Shown one piece after another: positions 10,279-17,751 of a DNA stretch of 64,000 nucleotides. A program made the position numbers and the translations under genes. Location of the stretch: assembly GCA_016302065.1 (NCBI GenBank), contig JAEDOI010000002.1:1036-65035 (forward strand), written 5' to 3'. The notes beneath the pieces are model-generated. The model was not told where the DNA came from and made no database searches. It saw only the letters and a program-made list of their open reading frames with translations. The stretch's first letter is position 1; each line of letters starts with the position of its first letter. The stretch comes from Bacilli bacterium. GTDB lineage: Bacteria; Bacillota_I; Bacilli_A; RFN20; CAG-826.

Positions 10279-11634
10279 ATGTCTATGAAATTTAGTGCAT
10301 TTAATTTAAAAGAAGAACTTGTAAACAATTTAACAAAACTAGGATATAACGAACCTACAAAAGTACAAGAAGTAGTTATCCCTAAAGCTTTAAAAGGAGA
10401 AAATATCATCGTTTCTAGTGCAACTGGAAGTGGTAAAACTCATTCTTTTTTAGTCCCAATTATTAATAATTTAGATTTTAATGAAAAATTAGAAGCAATT
10501 ATAATTGCTCCAACTAGAGAATTAGCTCGTCAAATCTATAATTTTGCCAATGAATTTAAACAATTTTATCCTTCATTAATTGTAAAAAACTTTATAAGTG
10601 GTGTAGATTATTCGCGCGATTTAAAATCAATGAATAATGGAGCAAATATTATTATTGCAACACCTGGGAAACTTAATAGTTTATTAAAAGATTCATCTAT
10701 TAATTTATCTACTATAAAAACTTTAGTTCTTGATGAAGCTGATATGTTAATGGAACAAGGATTTATTGAAGATATTGAATCAATCATTAATAAATGTAGT
10801 GTAAAACCTCAAATCGAGGTATTTAGTGCTACAATTTCAAAAAGAGTAGAATCATTCTTAAAAAAATTTATTGACGCAGATTACACTTTGACTTTAAAGG
10901 ATGAAACTCCAACTAGTTCAACTGTAAATCATTATTTAATTAATACAAAACATAAAAATATAAATGATTTAGTATTAAAGTTCTTAAAGATAAAAAATCC
11001 ATATTTATTATTAATTTTTGCTTCATTGAAAGAAGATGTTAAAAAAATGTATGAGTTTTTATCAATGAATGGATATAAAGTTGGTATTTTAAGTGGAGAT
11101 CTTGAATCTAGAGAAAGAAAAACGATGTTAAGAAGAATAAATAACGATGAATTTAGAATTGTTGTTTGTAGTGATATTGCTAGTAGAGGTTTAGATATTT
11201 TAGATGTTAGTGATGTTTTAAGCTTAAATTTACCTTCTAATCTTGAATATTATTATCATCGAGCTGGAAGAACTGGAAGAAATTTTAAGAGCGGAAATTC
11301 TTATATTTTTTATGATTCAGATCATACTAAAGAAGTATTTAAATTAATTGATAGTGGTTTAAAACTTCAATATTTAAAATTTAGTGATGATTCTTTAGTT
11401 GAAGATTTACCATTAATTAAACAAGTTAAGAAGAACAAAAAAATCGATACAGAACTCAAAAAAGATATCGAAAAAGCTAAATATGAAGCAAAAAGTGATA
11501 AAGTAAAACCAAATTACAAGAAAAAAGTAAAATTAGCAGTAGATAAAGTTAAAAGAAAACATAGAAGAGAAATAATTAAAAAAGATATTAGACGTCAAAG
11601 AGAGGAAAGATATAAACAAAATGGAAATAAATAA
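10279..11634 (+). CDS. DEAD-box ATP-dependent RNA helicase (CshB-like)
   Basis: 451 aa. Motifs ATGSGKTH, DEAD, SAT and HRAGRTGR, with a lysine-rich C-tail. The start could be 10285. Confidence 0.9.
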   Translation: MSMKFSAFNLKEELVNNLTKLGYNEPTKVQEVVIPKALKGENIIVSSATGSGKTHSFLVPIINNLDFNEKLEAIIIAPTRELARQIYNFANEFKQFYPSLIVKNFISGVDYSRDLKSMNNGANIIIATPGKLNSLLKDSSINLSTIKTLVLDEADMLMEQGFIEDIESIINKCSVKPQIEVFSATISKRVESFLKKFIDADYTLTLKDETPTSSTVNHYLINTKHKNINDLVLKFLKIKNPYLLLIFASLKEDVKKMYEFLSMNGYKVGILSGDLESRERKTMLRRINNDEFRIVVCSDIASRGLDILDVSDVLSLNLPSNLEYYYHRAGRTGRNFKSGNSYIFYDSDHTKEVFKLIDSGLKLQYLKFSDDSLVEDLPLIKQVKKNKKIDTELKKDIEKAKYEAKSDKVKPNYKKKVKLAVDKVKRKHRREIIKKDIRRQREERYKQNGNK

Positions 11635-12505
11635 AATTTTAATTGGTTCCCATGTTGGGATGAATGGACCATCTTATTTTGTTGGTAGCGTTAAAGATGC
11701 TTTAAAATGTAATGAAACTTGTTTTATGTTTTATACCGGAGCTCCTCAAAACAGTATTAGAACTCCTATTGAAAAATGTAAGATTGAAGAAGGTTTAAAA
11801 TTAATGGAAGAAAACAATATAGATATTAAAAATTGTATTGTCCATGCTCCATATTTAATTAATTTAGGCAATATTGATGAATATAAAAACCAATTAGGTC
11901 GTGATTTATTAATTAGTGAATTAAGAAGAACAAGTGCTTTCCATGTTGATAAAATTGTTCTCCATCCTGGACTTCATGTTCATAATGGAGAAGAAGTGGC
12001 CTTAAAAAAGATTGTTGAATCTCTAGACTATGTTTTTTCTGTTGATAATACAAATGTTATGATTTTAATTGAAACAATGGCTGGTAAAGGAACAGAAGTT
12101 GGTAAAACTTTTGAAGAAGTTGCTTATATTCTTAATAATTCAAAATATCCATCTCGTTTAGGAGTATGTTTAGATACTTGCCATATTAATGATGCTGGAT
12201 ATGATGTTAGTAATGTTGACAAAGTTTTAGATGAATTTGATAAAGTTATTGGATTAAATAAGTTAAAAGCAATACATCTTAATGATAGTAAAAATGCTAG
12301 AGGAAGTCATAAAGATAGACATGAAAATATTGGATTTGGAACAATTGGATTTGACACTTTAAATGCATGGGTAAAGCATGAAGCATTAAGAAATGTTCCA
12401 AAAATTTTAGAAACACCTTATATTAACGATAAGATGCCTTACAAAGAAGAAATTGAAATGCTAAAAGAAGGAAAATTTAATCCATCTTTAAAAGATTTAT
12501 TCTAA
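11621..12505 (+). CDS. nfo: endonuclease IV
   Basis: 294 aa. Sequence includes IGSHVG, HAPYLINL, CLDTCH and HLNDSK. Confidence 0.93.
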   Translation: MEINKILIGSHVGMNGPSYFVGSVKDALKCNETCFMFYTGAPQNSIRTPIEKCKIEEGLKLMEENNIDIKNCIVHAPYLINLGNIDEYKNQLGRDLLISELRRTSAFHVDKIVLHPGLHVHNGEEVALKKIVESLDYVFSVDNTNVMILIETMAGKGTEVGKTFEEVAYILNNSKYPSRLGVCLDTCHINDAGYDVSNVDKVLDEFDKVIGLNKLKAIHLNDSKNARGSHKDRHENIGFGTIGFDTLNAWVKHEALRNVPKILETPYINDKMPYKEEIEMLKEGKFNPSLKDLF

Positions 12506-12509
12506 TAAA

Positions 12510-12902
12510 ATGAAAACAATCATCACAAATATGTGTTTAATAAAAAATAGTGAAGGTAAATTACTATTTTTGAATAGGAAAAAATCTACATGGCCTGGAA
12601 TAACCTTTCCAGGAGGTCATGTCGAAAATAATGAAACTTATTTAGAAAGTGTAGTTAGAGAAATAAAAGAAGAAACAAATTTAGATATTTATGATGTTAA
12701 ATATGTTGGTAAATATGAATGGAACTCAAATTTTCCTCAAACAAAAGAAATAGGCTTATTTTATTTTACATCTTCTTTTAAAGGAGAATTGAAATCTTCT
12801 ATAGAAGGAGAATGTTTCTTTGCGTATTTAAAAGATATAAATAAAGATAACTATAGTTTAGATTTTGATATAATTTTAAATTTATATAAAGATTATCTTT
12901 AA
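12510..12902 (+). CDS. NUDIX hydrolase
   Basis: 130 aa with the Nudix box GGHVENNETYLESVVREIKEETNL. Confidence 0.85.
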   Translation: MKTIITNMCLIKNSEGKLLFLNRKKSTWPGITFPGGHVENNETYLESVVREIKEETNLDIYDVKYVGKYEWNSNFPQTKEIGLFYFTSSFKGELKSSIEGECFFAYLKDINKDNYSLDFDIILNLYKDYL

Positions 12903-13942
12903 TTTTTGTATAAATCTAATTCTTTTTTAAATTCATTAAAGACATCTTTTTCTTTAATTTCTCTTATTTTTTGACCATTTTTAAATAAAATATAGCTATT
13001 TTTTGTTCCTGCTAAGCCAATTGTAGCATTCTTTCCTTCATTTATTCCGTTAACTACACAGCCCATAATAGCTACTTTTATATTAATATTATTATCTTCA
13101 AGGTATTTTAAAACTTTCGTTGCTAACTCTTTATTTGACTTAACCATACTTCTTCCACAAAGCGGACAAGAAATTAATGTAGGATAATTAGGATATAAAT
13201 TTAAATCATGAAGTAATCTTTTACAAGCTTTTATTTCATTAATTCTTGGTGAAGTTAAACTAATTCTAATAGTAGAGCCTATCCCTTTAAGTAAAAGTGG
13301 AGCTAAAATTGCACTTGATCTAATAGTACCAATTTCATTAATACCAGATTCAGTGACACCAATATGAAGAGGATAAGAGAAAGTTTCGCTTAATAATTCA
13401 TAAGTTTTTAATGTAATTAGTGGATCGCTATCTTTAATACTTAAAACAGTGTTATAAAATCCATTTTGTTCAAAAAACGATACATATTCGCTCATTTTTT
13501 CAATTAATTGAAGAGGAATATCCTTATTTTCATCAATTTTTATACTTCCTCTATTAATTCCGATTCTAATTGCAACATTATTATTTTTAGCTAAATTAAG
13601 TAATTCTTTGAGTTTTAATGGATTAGTGTTTCCTGGATTAATTCTAATAGCATCAACTCCTTCTTTTATTGCTTTAAAAGCATAATCTAATGAGTAGTGA
13701 ATATCTGCAACAAGAGGAATATTTATTTGGCTTTTAATTTTTTTAATAGCTTTTATATCATTGTTATCAATAATTGAAATTCTCATTAACTGAAGTCCAA
13801 GTGGAGTTAGTTCGTTAATTTCTTTAACAACTTTCTTAACTTTACTAGTTTTAAAAGAAGACATAGATTGAATAACGACTTCATTACTATGTCCAATTGT
13901 TAAATTGCCAACTTTTACTAATCTAGTTTCTTCTCTTTTCAT
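12899..13942 (-). CDS. ispG: 4-hydroxy-3-methylbut-2-en-1-yl diphosphate synthase (MEP pathway)
   Basis: 347 aa. Sequence includes VIQSM, ADIHY, RINPGN and the C-terminal cysteines CPLCGR and GCVVNG. Confidence 0.92.
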   Translation of the reverse strand: MKREETRLVKVGNLTIGHSNEVVIQSMSSFKTSKVKKVVKEINELTPLGLQLMRISIIDNNDIKAIKKIKSQINIPLVADIHYSLDYAFKAIKEGVDAIRINPGNTNPLKLKELLNLAKNNNVAIRIGINRGSIKIDENKDIPLQLIEKMSEYVSFFEQNGFYNTVLSIKDSDPLITLKTYELLSETFSYPLHIGVTESGINEIGTIRSSAILAPLLLKGIGSTIRISLTSPRINEIKACKRLLHDLNLYPNYPTLISCPLCGRSMVKSNKELATKVLKYLEDNNINIKVAIMGCVVNGINEGKNATIGLAGTKNSYILFKNGQKIREIKEKDVFNEFKKELDLYKN

Positions 13943-13943
13943 A

Positions 13944-14396
13944 TTAATAATTAGTTTTATTTATAATTTTATTATATTCATTATATAACTTTAAGCATTC
14001 TTCTCTATCAAGTTCTTTTAATAAATTTTCACGATTATTGAAGTTATTATAAAATTTATTGTCTCTAAACCCAATAATTTCAGTATCGATTACATTACAG
14101 CCATAATATACTTTTGAAATATTAGCCCATAAAATTGCTCCCATACACATTGGACATGGTTCGCCAGTAGTGTAAAGAATTGCATTGCTTAAATCGAAAC
14201 TATTAATATTTTTGCAAGCATCATGAATTGCCATAATTTCACCATGGCATGTTGGATCGTTATTTTTTACCACTTCATTATGGCCCCTCCCAATAACTTT
14301 ATCATTTAATACAATTACACATCCAAAAGGACCTCCATGATTAGAATATATTCCTTTTTTAGCTTCTTCAATAGCCATTTGCATGTATTTATCCAT
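13944..14396 (-). CDS. CDA-fold nucleoside/guanine deaminase (GuaD-like)
   Basis: 150 aa. HGEIMAI and PCPMCMGAI zinc motifs. GGPFGCVIV and the C-terminal GFRDNKFY resemble B. subtilis guanine deaminase more than TadA. Confidence 0.7.
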   Translation of the reverse strand: MDKYMQMAIEEAKKGIYSNHGGPFGCVIVLNDKVIGRGHNEVVKNNDPTCHGEIMAIHDACKNINSFDLSNAILYTTGEPCPMCMGAILWANISKVYYGCNVIDTEIIGFRDNKFYNNFNNRENLLKELDREECLKLYNEYNKIINKTNY

Positions 14397-14437
14397 ATTT
14401 GTCTCCTAAAGTTATAAATTGCTAATAAAATGTAATT

Positions 14438-14476
14438 TTAGTAGTTAATTAGTATTTAATTAGCATTAAAATAGTT
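14438..14476 (+). repeat. phased TTAGTA array C (TTAGTA-TTAGTA-TTAGCA-ATAGTT, 11-bp period)
   Basis: Units start at 14438, 14449, 14460 and 14471. The array is in the 267-bp divergent gap, 42 nt from the deaminase start and sense with rpmG. Confidence 0.8.
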
Positions 14477-14622
14477 ATTTAAACATTTAACATTTTTAAA
14501 AATAATTGTTATTTTCAGCCTATTTATTAGTATAACAAATTTTTAAAATTGAATGAATAATTAAAATTGTAGATTTATTATTTTTTTCTAAAAATAAAAA
14601 TATTTATTTTTATATGCATTTA

Positions 14623-14631
14623 TGGTAATAT
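14623..14631 (+). promoter_or_regulatory. candidate extended -10 promoter of rpmG (TGgTAATAT)
   Basis: TGgTAATAT lies 33 nt upstream of the rpmG ATG, with AGGA SD at 14651-14654. Confidence 0.35.
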
Positions 14632-14663
14632 TTATAAGCATTTTAATGAAAGGAATTTAGTAT

Positions 14664-14828
14664 ATGGCAAAAAAAGGAAATAGAAACTCACTTATTCTTA
14701 AATGTACTGTCTGTGGTGAAGAAGCTTACATTACAAGCAAAAACAAGAAAAATACTCCTGACAAATTAGTAAAGGAAAAATTTTGCCCACACTGCAGAAA
14801 GAAAACAACATTTAAAGAGAAGAAATAA
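14664..14828 (+). CDS. rpmG: 50S ribosomal protein L33
   Basis: Hand-translated 54 aa: MAKKGNRNSLILKCTVCGEEAYITSKNKKNTPDKLVKEKFCPHCRKKTTFKEKK. Contains the CxxC..CxxC zinc ribbon typical of L33. Below the ORF-track size cut-off. Stop overlaps the next start (TAATG). Confidence 0.92.
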   Translation: MAKKGNRNSLILKCTVCGEEAYITSKNKKNTPDKLVKEKFCPHCRKKTTFKEKK

Positions 14829-15466
14829 TGTTAAAATCATTTCATTTCAATTCACCTGATGAACTTATTTCCAATACTTATGTATTTGGAAATGAGGGAA
14901 GGGGATGTTATATCATCGATTTAGGTAAATTTGATTCACGAATCGAAAAATATATTAATGAACATCATAACGGAATTATCTATGCAATTATATTGACTCA
15001 TGGACATTTCGATCATATTAGTGGAATTAAAACAGTTTTAGATAAAGGATATAATCCTGTTTTATTTATTAGTAGTGAAGAAGAGGAATTTCTTGAAAAT
15101 ACAAGATTAAATTGTTCATCAATGTATAAAGAAGAAATAACATTGAATTACGGAAATAAAATTTTAGTCGATGATGAAGATGAAATAGATTTTAAAGATG
15201 GCTATGTTCTTAAAGTAATACAAACAAGTGGCCACACAAGGGGTAGCGTTTGTTATCTCGTCAACAAAGAAAATGCTTTATTTAGTGGTGATACATTATT
15301 TAAAGATGGTATTGGAAGAACAGATCTACCAACTGGTTCAATTAAAGAAATGAGAAAAAGTTTAGAGAAACTATCAAAACTTGATCCAAATTTAGTTGTT
15401 TATCCAGGTCATGGGGATCCAACAACAATTAAAAGTGAATTTAAAAATATAGGAGGAAATTTATGA
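14828..15466 (+). CDS. MBL-fold metallo-hydrolase
   Basis: 212 aa with the HxHxDH motif LTHGHFDHISG and a later GHTRGS. Confidence 0.85.
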   Translation: MLKSFHFNSPDELISNTYVFGNEGRGCYIIDLGKFDSRIEKYINEHHNGIIYAIILTHGHFDHISGIKTVLDKGYNPVLFISSEEEEFLENTRLNCSSMYKEEITLNYGNKILVDDEDEIDFKDGYVLKVIQTSGHTRGSVCYLVNKENALFSGDTLFKDGIGRTDLPTGSIKEMRKSLEKLSKLDPNLVVYPGHGDPTTIKSEFKNIGGNL

Positions 15467-16026
15467 ACGTTACAGAATTAAGACCTGGAAATTACTTCAT
15501 GGATGGCGGAAATATTTACGCTGTTGTCGATATTTTATTAAATAAGACTGCCATGAGAAAAATGGTTGCTAAATTAAAAGTTAAAAATTTAAGAACTGGT
15601 GCTATCACTGATATGAGCGCTAATAGCGGATATCAAGTTGAAACCATTAGATTAGATAAGAAAAAGATGAATTATCTTTATGATGGTGGAGAAACATATG
15701 TCTTTATGGATCAAGAAACATATGAACAAATTGAACTTCCAAAAGACAGATTAAAATGGGAATCACAATTCTTAAAAGAAAATCTTGAAGTTGAAATTGT
15801 TACATATGAAGATGAAATTCTTGGTATCAACCTTCCAGCTAAAGTAAGTTTACATATCGTTCACTGCGAACCAGCTGTTAGAGGAGATACAGTTAACAAA
15901 GCAACAAAAGAAGCAGTACTTGAAACTGGATTAAAAGTTAGAGTCCCATTATTCATTAATAACGAAGAAGACGTTTTTGTTAGAACCGATACAGCTGAAT
16001 ACGATAGTAGAGCTACTGGTAAATAA
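15463..16026 (+). CDS. efp: elongation factor P (non-canonical beta3-beta4 loop)
   Basis: 187 aa, collinear with B. subtilis EF-P (KNLRTGA, YLYDGGETYVFMDQETYEQIEL, VRVPLFI). The loop reads NKTAMRK where KPGKG is expected. Confidence 0.9.
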   Translation: MNVTELRPGNYFMDGGNIYAVVDILLNKTAMRKMVAKLKVKNLRTGAITDMSANSGYQVETIRLDKKKMNYLYDGGETYVFMDQETYEQIELPKDRLKWESQFLKENLEVEIVTYEDEILGINLPAKVSLHIVHCEPAVRGDTVNKATKEAVLETGLKVRVPLFINNEEDVFVRTDTAEYDSRATGK

Positions 16027-16028
16027 TA

Positions 16029-16262
16029 ATGACAATTGAAGTTTGGGGATTTGTTTTATCCCTTATTGGTTGTCTTATCGTTGGTGGTATCGCTGGATTC
16101 TTCATTGCTAGATATTTCTTAAAAAAACAACTTGATAAGAATCCTCCAATTAACGAAGATATGATAAGAGTCATGTATCGTGAAATGGGACGTAAACCTA
16201 GCGAAGCTCAAATTAAAGCTGTAATGAACAACATTAATAAAGCTAATAAAAAATCTAAATAA
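16029..16262 (+). CDS. UPF0154/YneF-family small membrane protein
   Basis: 77 aa. One N-terminal TM helix followed by ARYFLKKQLDKNPPINEDMIRVMYREMGRKPSEAQI, typical of YneF. Confidence 0.8.
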   Translation: MTIEVWGFVLSLIGCLIVGGIAGFFIARYFLKKQLDKNPPINEDMIRVMYREMGRKPSEAQIKAVMNNINKANKKSK

Positions 16263-16267
16263 TAGTG

Positions 16268-16290
16268 AAGGAGTTGAAAAACTCCTTTTT
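16268..16290 (+). terminator. intrinsic terminator after the efp-yneF unit
   Basis: AAGGAGTT GAAA AACTCCTT followed by TTT, 6 nt after the stop. Confidence 0.8.
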
Positions 16291-16326
16291 CTATTACCGT
16301 CAATAATATTAAATATTTTGTCAATG

Positions 16327-16354
16327 AAAAATGCGATAACCATCGCATTTTTTT
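16327..16354. terminator. bidirectional intrinsic terminator between convergent yneF and plsY
   Basis: AAAA ATGCGAT AACC ATCGCAT TTTTTT: a perfect 7-bp core stem flanked by an A-run and a T-run. Confidence 0.75.
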
Positions 16355-16388
16355 AATTGTTAATTTAAGAATTGAAGTTTTCCACATA

Positions 16389-16416
16389 TACTAGAAAACT
16401 ACTAAATATCTACTAA
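16389..16416 (-). repeat. phased TTAGTA array D (minus strand: TTAGTA-TTAGTA-CTAGTA, 11-bp period)
   Basis: Plus-strand TACTAG, TACTAA, TACTAA at 16389, 16400 and 16411. The array begins 5 nt after the plsY TAG stop and is followed by the shared 14-mer at 16376-16389. Confidence 0.8.
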
Positions 16417-16420
16417 TACA

Positions 16421-17188
16421 CTATTTCATCCAAGTAATTTTATTTTCAGTACCATCTAAAATTCTATCAATATTTGCTTTATGCTTATATACAAGAAGTA
16501 ACCAAGAAAATATCGTAATTAATGGAAGATAAATTGAACATCTTGGTCCAATTCCAAACCACATTAAATAATCAACTATTCCAAATCCATGTTCTCTAAA
16601 GGTAAATAAATAAGTTAAAAATATAGCAAGATTTAATAAAACAGTAAAACCACTTGCAACAATAGAACCAAGGGAGACATATTTTTTAGCTTTTAATGTT
16701 ATTAAAAATACAGGTAAAACAACTGGAACACTAAGAAAAGTAGTTCCTAAGCAGTAACAAGCAAATGTTGAAACAATTTTTCCACCTTTAAATTTTAAGA
16801 ATATACTATAAGCATGACCTAACATTCCTCCAACAGGAACAATATAGTAACATAATTGATTTAAGGTATTACCTTCTCCAAATACAGACAAAGTGTTGTA
16901 TGTTGGATTCATAAATTCTTTAATAGTAACATTAAATTCAAATAATCTAATAGCAATGATAAATGGAATTAAAACTTTAATAATATCTAATAAAATTGTA
17001 ATTAATCCGGCTTTTTTACCAAAAACTCTTCCAGTATTAGTGCCGCCACTATTATGAGATCCATAATTTCTAACATCTTTTTTATAAAAAATTTTAGAAA
17101 TAATAACTCCATTTGGAATCGACCCACATAAATATCCAACGATAAAACATGCAATAATAATTAATACTCTATAAAATGTTTCTGACAT
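16421..17188 (-). CDS. plsY: glycerol-3-phosphate acyltransferase PlsY
   Basis: 255 aa. Sequence includes GSIPNGVIISK, GSHNSGGTNTGR and FKGGK. Longer than typical PlsY because of an insertion after TM3. Adjacent to parE as in B. subtilis. Confidence 0.9.
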   Translation of the reverse strand: MSETFYRVLIIIACFIVGYLCGSIPNGVIISKIFYKKDVRNYGSHNSGGTNTGRVFGKKAGLITILLDIIKVLIPFIIAIRLFEFNVTIKEFMNPTYNTLSVFGEGNTLNQLCYYIVPVGGMLGHAYSIFLKFKGGKIVSTFACYCLGTTFLSVPVVLPVFLITLKAKKYVSLGSIVASGFTVLLNLAIFLTYLFTFREHGFGIVDYLMWFGIGPRCSIYLPLITIFSWLLLVYKHKANIDRILDGTENKITWMK

Positions 17189-17301
17189 AAAAATAACTTC
17201 CTAGTAATATATTTTAAAACAAAACCTACGAAATATCTATTTTATTATGTAAACCTCAATATTAGTTTGAAATTTTAATTAATTATTATAATATATAGGT
17301 T

Positions 17302-17655
17302 ATGAAAGGTAATTTAGCAGCACATATTATAACATTAATATTATCTTTAGCAGTTGGTATTGGATTAGGAATTCTTGATACAATTTTATTTGTCGTTTAT
17401 GCTATAGCTGATGGATTAAGTGAAGGTAATGCTAATAAAGAAGTATTTTTCATCGTAATATTATTCTTTATAATAATTATTTTATGCTTGATTAGTGTGA
17501 TTTTATCAATTATTGGTATAATTTTTATATCGAAAAATAAAACAAATGGATTTAAAGTATTAGGAATTTTAGAAATTTGCACTCTTATTGGAGTAGTAAG
17601 TGGTAGTTTACTTATTGTTACAAATAAGAAAATTGCAAATAAATCTAATTCCTAA
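17302..17655 (+). CDS. hypothetical multi-pass membrane protein
   Basis: 117 aa with 3-4 hydrophobic helices and no recognisable motif. TATAAT lies 9 nt upstream of the ATG. Confidence 0.5.
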   Translation: MKGNLAAHIITLILSLAVGIGLGILDTILFVVYAIADGLSEGNANKEVFFIVILFFIIIILCLISVILSIIGIIFISKNKTNGFKVLGILEICTLIGVVSGSLLIVTNKKIANKSNS

Positions 17656-17695
17656 AGTTAAATCATTTACTAAATGGTCATAAAGTTAAATAAAA

Positions 17696-17721
17696 AGCAC
17701 TTAAAATAAGGGCTATTTTTT
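17696..17721 (+). terminator. candidate intrinsic terminator
   Basis: AGCACTT aaaat AAGGGCT (one mismatch) followed by ATTTTTT. Confidence 0.4.
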
Positions 17722-17751
17722 GATAAAATAAGGTATTAACGATTTAATATA

